DNA of 63,991 nt, the filler included, from Stramenopiles sp. TOSAG23-2 (Eukaryota): assembly GCA_900128395.1 (NCBI GenBank). It is 3 parts of 3 records of this genome, joined end to end, with 100 filler letters (N's around TTAATTAATTAA, not from the genome) between each part and the next. Parts side by side here need not be neighbours in the genome. Positions count along the whole stretch, not along the records: positions 1 to 21,914 come from LT649523.1; 2 more parts are not named here. One strand, given 5' to 3'. The notes below the pieces were generated by a model. It searched no databases and was not told the origin of the DNA. It saw only the letters and a list, made by a program, of their open reading frames with translations. Below, one piece after another: positions 1-12,000 of this stretch (its first letter is position 1; every line of letters begins with the position of its first letter). Position numbers and translations under genes: made by a program.

Positions 1-1
1 A

Positions 2-3000
2 TGTCCTTTTGATATCAAGGCCTGGGCAAAAGGGGCAGCGGCTATCAAGGAGGGATCCAATGAAGCGTTAAATATTTATAATTCATTTTCAACTAATATT
101 GTCGTTATAGACAAAAATTTTGCCAAGGAAAGAATAAAGGCAATAGGTTTACCACCAGATGCGTTTGTCCAAATTTGCCTTCAACTAGCTTTTTACAGAA
201 TGCATAATTATGTGGCACCAACTTACGAGACGGGAAGCACACGACAATTTTTCCACGGTCGAACGGAGACAATTCGCAGCTGTACGAGGGAGGTCAAAGA
301 TTTTTGTGAAGCAATGGATCAGTTTACTGCTAACGAAAGGGGTAATGCTATTACAGATATTGTGTTAAAAAAATTTGAGCAGGCATTGTCTGCGCATGTT
401 GATTTAACAGTTGACGCAATGTCTGGAAGGGGAATTGACCGTCACTTGCTTGTCCTACAGTTACTAGCCAGTGAAATCGGCCTTGAACATGACTTATTTA
501 CAAACGCATCATTTTTAAAGTCAAAATCATATAGTTTAAGCACGTCAAACATATCTTCCAGTGGTTGGAATGCTAAAGATAATGAATGGGCAGTTGGTTA
601 CTTCCCAGCAATGATTGATGGATATGGTTGTGCTTACACAATTAGTCCATCATGTATTAAGATAATGGTATCGTCATTTACTGCATCCAAAGAAACTGAT
701 ATATCTAAGTTTGAAGATCAAATTGTAAAAGCAGCTAGTGGGTTATTTGAACTAGGAAAACTACTCCTGTCCAAGAATATTGGTGCCAGCACTAGTAACA
801 ACTCGGGGCAACAAGATCATAATAATAAGAAAAATCCCCTTGAAACGCAGATTACAAACTTATGGCGAAAGGTATTAAAAGTAAAGCCAAGTGAACCAGC
901 ACCTCAAAATTTTTTCGAAGCAGGCGGCGATTCCCTATCTGCAGTTGCATTGCTCCAAACATTAAAAAACTTTTCGGGGTCAACTATTTCATTAACCGCG
1001 TTTTACGGTAAACCTTCTTTGCAATTTTTATTAAGGACAGTCAGGCCAAAAAAGGGAACAAACTTGAAAATTTTTGGCAACAAAGAAACACTGGATAAAT
1101 TATATGAAGGAGTAAATGATGCTCCTCTATCTCATACTGCGCGTGATATTGCGTGGGGGTGTTATACAAATGAACAAGGTAAGCAGGTTGTATATATATA
1201 TGCATTTAAATACACACACTGTAAAGTTGTAAACGTATATATCCTATTTGCGTACATATAATGATGACTAACAAAGACCACATTTACTAGATGCCTCGGA
1301 ATTCAAAAATACTTACAGAAATGCAATTCGCGGTGACGTATGGACTGCGGAAAATTTACATGCGTACATTGAAAGCCTTATTAAAAGATTTCCTGCTCTT
1401 CGCTCAACTGTTTGGTTTAAGGCGAGTGTACCACATGCAAAAATTTATCCAAATGATAATACTTTGGCCTATGACATTGCTCACAGGGCAGTGTTAGAAG
1501 TTGATACCACTGATGGTAAGAAAATCACACCCAGAAAAATCGTTGAATTAACAAAACAAATGATACATGTTATCGACGCAGATAAGGATACATATACTCC
1601 ATTTGCGTTGTGCGTTTTACGCCCGGAAGATATACAATACGAAGGTGGTGATGAGCCACCACCAGTAAATATAGGTGAAAACTACTTTTGGCTTTACATG
1701 TGTACGCATCACGCTATTTTCGACCATACAGGTATACAACATTTCGTACGTGATCTATGCGAAAGCTCAGAAGAATTTAATTTAGGTGGAATTGCAAAGT
1801 CTATCACCCTTTCACAATTGCATGAGTTATCAAGAAATGATTCTGCAAGAGATAGTGATGAAAGTGCAAAAGAATTTTGGAGGAAAGAATACCGTGGATT
1901 TGTGGCCGATCAAACAAAGGGCATTTTTGATGGTCGCCGCATGGAAAGCGAAGGAAGCAGTGGCAAACCGGGAATTACCAAAGCGTTGTCTATTTCGTTG
2001 GATGGTTTAAAAGCGGTATGTAAACGTAATTCATCTTCGATTTTTACTGGTTTAATTGTTGCGACACAGACTGCTCTGGCTCGCCTAGGTGGAGCAGAAA
2101 GTTATACTATTCAGATCCCAGTCTCAATACGGCATGTACTAAGTAGTGTTACAAGCGATAATAAGTACGGTATTTATAGTGCTTTGAACGTTATACCATT
2201 CAAATGTTTAGCAACAGACGCATTGGACGGGTCTCTTGAACGACGTCTAATGGCAGTGAATTTGAAATGGCAAGCATACATGACGAATTTAGCTTTTTCG
2301 TCCTCTACAATTGTTGATATTTTAAGAATCAATGGTCAGATTGATGAAGCTGCTGCCTTGGTTCGATGTCGCCGTGACGTACTTTTAGTCCTAGCGCCAA
2401 CTGAATCCTTAAGGCATCCATTAGTTATACCAGGAACGAATCATTTAGTTTTTCCAACTCCATCGGCTTCAATGGGGATGTCACTTGTGTCAAGCATATT
2501 CACAGGGGTAGACGGCAAAGAATATCTCAAGCTGCATGCTGAATACGATGGCAATAAGGTATCTTTGGGTTTAGCAGAGACTACTATTGAGGCTATGAAA
2601 TCAATCTTAATTGCTTTTGACGCAGCAGAGAATAAGGGAGAATCGATTAATTTATATCGAAATTCGATACCTACAGATATGATTTTTACAACAACTCAAC
2701 AACGTTTATCGCGGTTATCACTACAGTATACTTCAGATAAAAACTTTCTAGAAGAAGCAAACAACCTTTACCAGTATGGAGAATCTATGTACAGCCTCGT
2801 CTGTAATTCCGAAGACAGTGTTAACATTGCATTGATTGAGGCTGTGGACGGAGATAAGGCTGGTTTAGGAAAAGGAAAAGGAATAGAGACAACTTACAGA
2901 GCATTGTTGTCGAAAGTTTTTGCCTTATCTCAGAAATTGAAAGAACTGTTTCCCAGGTCTAATACTGGAGAAATGCAAGTGGTGGTGTTAGATCTTTCTG

Positions 3001-6000
3001 ATACCATGTATCTGTATATCGCTATGCTTGCAGTGTCGCATGCGGGATTTACATTTGTTCCGGCGGACAGAAAGTGGGTAAAAAGCAATGTTGAACATGT
3101 AAGAAATACACTAAGTGATTCTATTGTTGCTGTGATTAAATTGCAAAATCAAGAGGCCAGAGATTTTGGAACAACAAATGTATTATCTATCGATCATATT
3201 GTTGATGGAATCACAAATGTAGACGACTCTGATAATACATGTGCGTATATTGTGGAACCCGATGATATTGCGTATATTTTATTTACATCTGGATCAACAG
3301 GTACTCCAAAAGCATGTAGAATTACCAATTTTAACATTGTTAGTATGATTCGATCACAGCAAATGTATGTTTACAAGCCGTGCAAAGATGACATTATTTT
3401 ACACTTGTGCTCCCCTCTCTTTGATGCTTTTTTGGAAGAGACATTTTTGGCACTAGCCCAGGGTGGAACTCTCGTTCTCCCGGCTTCAGAAGAGGAACGA
3501 ATAAGTGCATCTGGGATTAGGAGGCTAATATCTACGCATGATGTAACAATAATATCAACAGTACCCGCAATACTAGACCTTTTGACGCCTGATGACGTTA
3601 AAGGATTGAACTTAATTATATCTGGGGGAGATGTATTACGACAAGCTACTGTAAATATTCTTATGGGAAGCAGCGATTCTTTGCGTATCATAAATACGTA
3701 TGGCCCAACAGAGACCACAATAGTAGCTACGTATGCAGAATGCATAAAAGGGGTAACGCCTTCTATAGGAAAGCCTTTTCCAGGAGTTGGTGTTGCACTT
3801 GTCAACCAGAAATATGGTCATCCTTGTAAAAATTTCGAAGTAGGAGAGATTGTAATTAGGGGGATTGGCTTAACACCAGGGTATGTATTGGCGAAGGAAA
3901 ATAGTGGATTTAGAAGTTGCCAAGGAGCTCCCGCTTATTGGACCGGAGATTTGGCATGGCGAGACAGAAAGGGTGATATTTGGTTTTGTGGTCGAGCTGA
4001 TCGCCAATTAAAAATTAATGGGGTACGATTTGATCTCTCAGAAATTGACCATGTTTGCATGGCTGTACCAGGCTTGCAAGAAGTTCGAACCATTGCAGTA
4101 AAAAACAAAGGTGGTAAAGATACTGCTAAGTTAGTGACATTCGTGGTGCCCGCAAGTTGCAGGCCCTTTTGTGAAAGTATGTTCGTAAAACAGTTACCTT
4201 ACTTCAAACGCCCTGTTTTAGTGGTTGGGGTAAATATATTACCAAGAAATAAAACGCAAACTAAAGTAGATGTCAAAGCTTTGACTCAAATGGCCAAGAA
4301 ATTAATTTCAAATATAAAGGAAAAAGATTTGGAACCACAACCCAGAAATGAAAGCGGCGCCAAGATGTTCCAAAAATTGATGACAGAACCGGTTGCATTG
4401 TTGTTAAATGCACTGAACATTGTTCTCGGGACAACATTTTCTGAATCAATTCTTGAAAAAACTTTTTTGTCTCTTGGGGGAGACTCGTTAAAAGGCGCAC
4501 AATTGTCGGAGGGGTTGAAAAAATACGGATTAAAGTGTAAATTAGAGTTGTTGATGTCTCACACACCCCTTTCTGGCATTTTAGAGAATTCTTCGAGCAA
4601 TAGTTCTGTTACATTTAACCTAAAAGACGAGAAATACACATCGACTGATGCATTTCAAACAGGAAAAGCATCTCCGCTACAAAGAAGTATGTGGTATCTA
4701 GAAAAGTTAGGAGACACTTCCTATGTAATATCGGAAATTTTTAATTTAGAATCAATTAATGCGCAAAACAAGTTAAGTATTGACAAAATTAAAATAGCAT
4801 GGAATTGCGTTGTCGAACGTCATGTTTTATTGACAGCCACTTTTCTTGAAAAACTTGATTCGAAAACAAATCAACCTATTTTGTATTGGGATGCAGTGAG
4901 TGGCAGAGTAACAAATACCGAAAGAAATTGGTTTAATGTTGTCAAAATGAAACCAGGAACAACGGAAGATGCTATTCTCTCTAAAGTTAACTCTATAGTA
5001 AATTGTAATTTGAAAATGACTAATGATGCCTTGTTTCGGATAAATTTAATTGTATTAGAAGACGAACAGAAAAAAATAGAAGTCAGCAAAATGGTGGTTA
5101 CTGTTCATCATGCCATTTTTGATGGCGCTTCGTTTGATGTGCTGTATAAAGATTTTAGCTTCTATTACGCCGCGTCTGGATCACAATCAAACTTGAATAC
5201 TCTATTGCCACCTTTAAATGTACAATTTGGCAAATGGTGTCTTGAGACCCAGAGATTTGAGAATTCAAAAGAATTCAAAGATTGTCTTGATTGGTGGGAC
5301 AAAAATTTAGAAGATTCGTTTTCAAATTTGGGGTTGCCATATGAAGATACAAAAGTTAACAACGCCAAAAATGTTCAGGCTCCGGCAAGAGATGTTGTTT
5401 ATAAAGTTGGCTCAAAGCTATCAGAGCGATTTAAAGTCGCAGTTCAAAAGCTTGAAACAACAACATTTGGTCTTCTTTATGCTATATTTGCTTCGGTGTT
5501 ACACCGCATTGGAGATGTTACTGATATAGTTATAGGTACACCTGTAAGTGTTCGTAACGACGATGGTACATATGGACTATGTGGGCCATTCATAAATACA
5601 ATACCATTACGGGTCCAACTTGACAGTGAAAGGGATACTTTTTTTGATTTGGTAAAAAAGTGTCTTAGTACTACTATCCGAGGCACCCTCCACTCTGCAA
5701 CGCCTTACGCAGACATTCTAAGAAAAACAATGGTGATGTCAAAAAGTGTATCATTATTTGATATACTTTTTTCCATCGATTATCAAAGTGAAAATTTAAA
5801 ACTCGACCAGCAATGTCCAGAACAAATAACGGTGAATAGGACACTATATTCAAATAGATCGATGACTGTTTTTATTAATATGCACAAGGATGATATTGCT
5901 GTTAGGGTAGTCTATTCAAAATGCGTAGGTTTTGGGCTTGCAAATGCTATTGCCTCTCAAACCGGATTTCTTATTGGCGAAGTGGTAAAGAATATTGGTG

Positions 6001-9000
6001 GACTTCGTAATACACTTGTTGCTGAGTTGCCACTTCACGACGACGCGTCAGAGTATTGGAACTGGAGAGAGAAAGCAAATCCAGTTGTACCCCTAACACC
6101 TGCGAAAGATGCTTCCTTAATTATGATGTTCCACAATACTGTCATGAGAACGCCAAATGCATATGCAGTCTTATCAGAGGAAAAATGCTTGACTTATCAA
6201 GAAGTGTGGGATGCGGTAGAAACGGTAGCTCTCGCTATAATCAGTTCCATGAATTCAGATTTAAAAGAAGAGGATCACTTTGTTCCCGTTTTGATCAAGA
6301 AAGGCTGGAGACAAACCATCGCAATACTTGCCATTTTGAGGGCTGACTGTGTTTTTGTGGTACTTGATACAAAAAGCCCTTTGACACGCAATGCTACTGT
6401 TATGAATCATTGCGAGGCCATTGCAGTATTGACATGTAACAAGCACGAAAAAAATATTCCTGGTGGATTTAACGTTATTCTTATGGATAATTTGGACCTC
6501 CTAAAAAATACGGCAGAATTTGAAAATAAATTGAAATGGCCCCCTGCTCGCGACGGCGACAGTTTGGCATACGTTTTATATACGTCTGGATCTACTGGCG
6601 TTCCAAAGGGGTGTATGATTACCCATAGTGGAGTATTAAATACAGTAAAAGACATAAATAAAAGATTTCAAGCTACGGCAGACGATAGAACTCTCTCAAT
6701 TTCAAAGCTAGGTTTTGATTTATCCATGTACGATACCTTCGGTATTTGGGAAATCGGTGGGGCCATTATTTATCCCAAAGAATTTAGTAGACTGGGATGG
6801 CTCGAAGCTGGAAAAAAATTTCAGGCAACACTTTGGAACACTGTGCCTGCCCTGATGGGTATCATGTTGGATGATCAAACTTTTGGAGCAAGTGAAACAA
6901 TTAGTTGTGCTGATGTTCCGTTAAAAGCCGCAATTTTAAGTGGTGATTGGATACCTTTATCAACGCCAGATAAAATTTTCAATATATGGCCAGATATATA
7001 TTTAACATCGGGCGGGGGAGCTACAGAAGCTTCTATTTGGAGTATATTGTATCCTATTCCATCAAACAAAACGTTGCGGGAAAAATGGAGGTCTGTACCA
7101 TATGGAATTCCGATGTCACACCAGCACTTTTATGTGCTCGATCCAAGTTTCAAACCATGTCCAGCTTACGTTACTGGGGAACTTTATATAGCTGGCGATG
7201 GCGTAGCAAAGGGTTACTTGCGGGATGAACGAAGTGCAAAGGCATTTTTCCCACATCCAGAGACTGGGGAATGGATTTATAAGACTGGGGATAAGGGGCG
7301 TTTTGTTAGCGACGGTTATTATTTTGAATTTCTAGGGCGCATAAAAAATAATGAACAGGTAAAAATTAACGGACTAAGAATAGAGTTGGGGGCAATAGAA
7401 AATATTCTAGAAATGCATGGGTTGGTGAAAAAGGCGGCATGCATAGTAGCCGGTGCTGAAGCGTCAAAAAGGTCACTTCACGCGTATGTTACATTGAAAT
7501 TAAAAAACGATGAAATAAACGAGACAACGGGCTCTGATTTTGCTCAGAGCTTGATCGATCACGTTTCCAAACACGAACAAGCTTATCTTGTGCCTCGTAT
7601 AATTCACATAATAGACAGTATGCCATTATCAGGAAATGGCAAGGTTTTGAAAAACGCTTTATCAAAATGTCCAGTAGTGTATTTGCATGAACGCAAGTCA
7701 AAAAAGGGAGGGAAAATGAATGCGAAACACACGCAAATGATTTCCCTGTGGACATCAGCGATTGGAAAAGAGATTGACGAGGAAGAAGAAAATCTTCATT
7801 CTGGGATGGATTTTTTTTCTGACTTTGGTGGCACTTCGTTGCAGGCAATGTCACTTGTTACACGGTTAAAAATAGTGTACTCAGTAGAAGATATTTCGGT
7901 CATTGATCTTTTTGATTACAGTACTCTTGAAAAGTTAGTCGAGTTCCTTGAATCGAAAGGAGCAGTATTTAAGGGTGAAACTGCATTGATTCAATCCGAC
8001 GAAACATTAACACCGATGTCAAACAATAGCCTATTTTTGAAATTAGGAATGTTCTCAGCTGCAGATCCATTTCAAAGTTGGTTATGGAATGAATCAAAAA
8101 GTTTAGCTATGATTGGGGGTGACGATAACCCAGCCCAGTATAATTGCGTGCGCATATTTAAGATTTCACCAAAAATAAAATTGCTTCCGATGACAGTTGC
8201 TGCAACAGCCGTTGCAAGTCGCCATGAAGTTTTACGAAGTAACTTTAAAGTATCAGATAAAAGCAATCAGTTGCAACGAGTCATAGTTTCAAGTATTGAT
8301 TCTGACGAAAACATTGTTTCCTATTCGATATCAAAAACAACAAAAGCAGCACTGACATGGATCGCTAATGTTACGGGTCAACACTTCACATCACGTACTA
8401 GTCTATTTAAAGTTCTGGTAAGCGACTTCATTCAAAATGGTGAAAACGAGGGGAACACCAATTTCAGTATTGCTGCGGTTGTAACGCACCATGCCATTGT
8501 GGACGACGAAGCATTTGGCATTATTTTCAAAGATTTACAAAAAGCTTATACATCAGCGCTTGCAGACGTTGACTTTGAATCCGTATTTAATTCCCTTCCC
8601 TCCAGCGTTCTTCCTTCTACAGTGTACGACTGGCTAGATAACATCTATTTAAATGGGAAAGAAGCACAGGAACTTGATTATTGGGGTAGGAAATTGTTAA
8701 AAGCGCCAACTCACGTTGATTTACCATACGCTTACCCTGTAGAAACTGACACCGATACTTTGGGGGGAGCTGTAGACCGTAAAGCTGAATCAAGTGTACT
8801 ATCATCAGTCGATGAAATTTGCGCTAAATACCAGGTTTCAAGAGCGGTTGTCTTACTAGCATCGTTTGCCATGACCATTTCGCGCCACACTGGGTGCAAC
8901 GATTTATTGATTGCCTTGCCTATATCTTTAAGAAAAGGCAAATCGTTTGAAAGGTATGTTGGCAATTTAATTAACGTTGCAATTGTCAGAATGACCACTC

Positions 9001-12000
9001 ACGATACAATGTCGGTTGGGCAATTTTTAATGTATACCAGAAAAACGTTGAGCGAAGCTATTGAGAATTCTATGGTTCCGTTCAATAAAGTTATGCAACA
9101 TTTAAAAACCACGAAAATATGGCGTGGGCAAGGTCGTTCAAATAGGGACAATCCTCTTAGAATAATGTTTAGCTACGTCACATCTGATGTTGAGGCTCAA
9201 AACGAAGGTAGCAAAGGGGTAAGCAACGAGAGCTGGGGTAGGCAAGAAGAAATATTTTTACCAGCAGAGACTTCAAAGTATGATTTATCACTTTTCGCCA
9301 CACTCCAAACGAACGGCAATAAGAGTCACGACGAAACGCTTCGTTGGAGCCTTGACTACCGTGCTAAGTGTTTTTCTAATTTTCAATGTAGAAGAATGCT
9401 TGATTTATACGAGTACACTGTCAATTTATTTGTATCGTTACCAAGTAACCGACTGATTGAATCTGTTGATTTGTTGGGAAATATTGGCGATAACACAGTG
9501 TGTAAAGTCAGTAATTTAATTGAAAGTTTGAGTACACAAACGGTACAAGTAACCTGTCCACTGTCATCGGAATTAAAAGCTTCAAATTGTACCAGTATTG
9601 GCGACTTAATATTCACAGCATTTAAAACTCGCTCTAATCCAAATGTGCTACGAGAAAATCGAGGATTCAAAGGAAATGGGGGTTCGGGTGATTTTGTTTT
9701 GAATACAGAAGAATTTGTGAACGCCGTTGGTCATGTTTCAACAGCACTAAGTGAAGCAGGTGTAACAAAGTCGTCTGTAGTAGCTGTTGAAATCGGAAGA
9801 AGTATGGCTCTAATCATTGTTATGTTGGCAACATGGAAATGCGGTGGTGTGTTTATGCCTATAGGAAATAAGTCAGGAAAAACATTTCGAGATCGTGCAT
9901 GTTCCACTGCCGGGGTTTCTGTAATTATATCAGAAAGCACTGTTAATGAGCGTTGGGGCGCGGCGTTGAATCTACCAGGTATATATGTGCCAAAAATTTT
10001 CATAACTGTTAGGCCTACGGCAAATATTGTACAAACTATTATTAATGAAGATACTGCGTATATATTGTTTACCTCCGGTTCAACTGGGAAACCTAAGGGA
10101 ATAGCAGTATCCCACAGTAATATAATAAACTATGCACTGACATCATGTGATTTGTATTGCAATGAGGGTATTAACAACAATAAAACTGTACCGCTGCTTG
10201 GAGAACCAACTTTTGATGCCACGTTTACCAGTATGATAGTTCCATTATTAGCAGACTGTACAACACATATAGTTCCACCTTCGATAAATGGTTTAGGCCT
10301 TTTCCTAGAAAATAGTTTGCTTAGTAATGAGTGGGTATTTGCAAAGTTGACTCCGGGCCAACTTCGTCATGCTATTGCTGCTGCAAAACCTTCGTCAAGT
10401 GTAATGTCTAAATTGCTAGTACTTGGAGGAGAAGCATTAAAACTAGACGATGTAACATCTTTGGGAAACCTTGAAAATGCGCAAGACATCATAATTTATA
10501 ATGAATATGGACCTACTGAAGCTACTGTGGCCTGTGCGGCCTTCCGGGCATCCGTGGGTGAAATAATTGCGAAATGGGGTAATTCTATTTCTAAGACTGT
10601 TCCATTTGGACGCAGTATTGCTGGGGCTGGGTTGCTTGTTTTGGACCATAAATTCCACCGCGTTCCAGAAGGTTGTTCCGGTGAATTGTTTGTTCGCGGC
10701 CCGTGTCTTTCTCAGGGTTACATTGGGGCCATCGCGGAAAAAGATAAACATAGATTTATTACCTTGAAAGACGGGCAGCAATACTATCGCACCGGTGATT
10801 TGGTACGCTGGACTGTGTCATTGGAAGAGAACAAAGGAAACGGCGATAGTAGTAATCCCTACGAACTGACAATAAACAACAGTCAATTGGAATTTATTTC
10901 TCGGGTTCACACGGATATTAAAATTCGCGGTATGAGGGTCAACAAGGAAGCTGTTGCCGCGCTTTTAAAATCACAACCAGGTGTTGTTTCTTGTACCGTT
11001 TTTGCTCCGTCGGATATCTATTTCATTGCTGCTTGTTATCTAAAGGATGATTTTAAGACGCACCGGGAATTAGAAAGTATGGAAAAAGAGTTTAAAATTA
11101 TTTGCCAATCTTCATTGCCATCGTGGATGGTACCTAGAGTGCGGGTTTTGTCGGGAACAGCGCCTTTAACTAAACATGGAAAAGTTGACGTGAAAGCTAT
11201 AAAAAGTCTTTTGAAGGATAGATTGGATGACATGGAATCAGAACTAGATGATGTCGATAGCTTGAAGAAAATCCAATCCTTGCTTCTGGATCTATGGAAA
11301 CGAGTGCTTAAACTAGAAAAAGTGGATTCAAGTGATGATTGGTACAGCCTAGGAGGGAACTCAATCCAGTTTGCTCAGCTCCAATTTCTGGGGAAAAAAC
11401 AAGGTTTAAAATTAAGCAGCAATGATATAGATTTGGGTATGTCACTAAACGAGATGGCAATTACTCTTCACAAATTTGAAAATCGACAGAAACAACTTCC
11501 AGATATTCGATCAAGTGTCAAACGAGCCTCTAGATTAAGTATGAATAGTTTTAACTTAAACTCATTGGGTGTGGACACTCTTAATGATGAATTTCCCCTC
11601 TCGCCAATTCAGCGTTGGTTTGTCGCAAAAGATTATGCGAAAGGGGCTAATAAAAATGTATTTACCCAAGACTTCGTGATTGATTGTCACCCATCTTTTT
11701 TTGCAACAGATTCAGAAATCGAACCCTTTGCCGCAGTAAAGAAGGCATTAAATACACTAGTAATGCAACACAAAAATTTGCGGGCACGGTTTAATTTATC
11801 TAACCCTACTAATCAAAATAAGTCTGTTTGCGAAATTTTGCCATATGACGACGATGTATATACAATTAAACATGTTACTCTTGACATTACTGGAAATAAA
11901 TCTGTAACCGAAACGGAAGCTCGGAAGTGTATATACCGCGAGAAAAATAAGTGGCATCAGTACATAGCTTTAGACGTAACCACTGGTCCTGTTTTTGCTG

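Noticed and set aside
1291-1497. 68-aa ORF between the two NRPS ORFs
   Set aside because: Its ATG is just the first bases of exon 2; the true coding frame there is the spliced C-domain frame.
4640-6000. Heterocyclization (Cy) domain before the Cys-type A domain
   Set aside because: The core motif is HHAIFDG, not DxxxxD, so it is a standard condensation domain.
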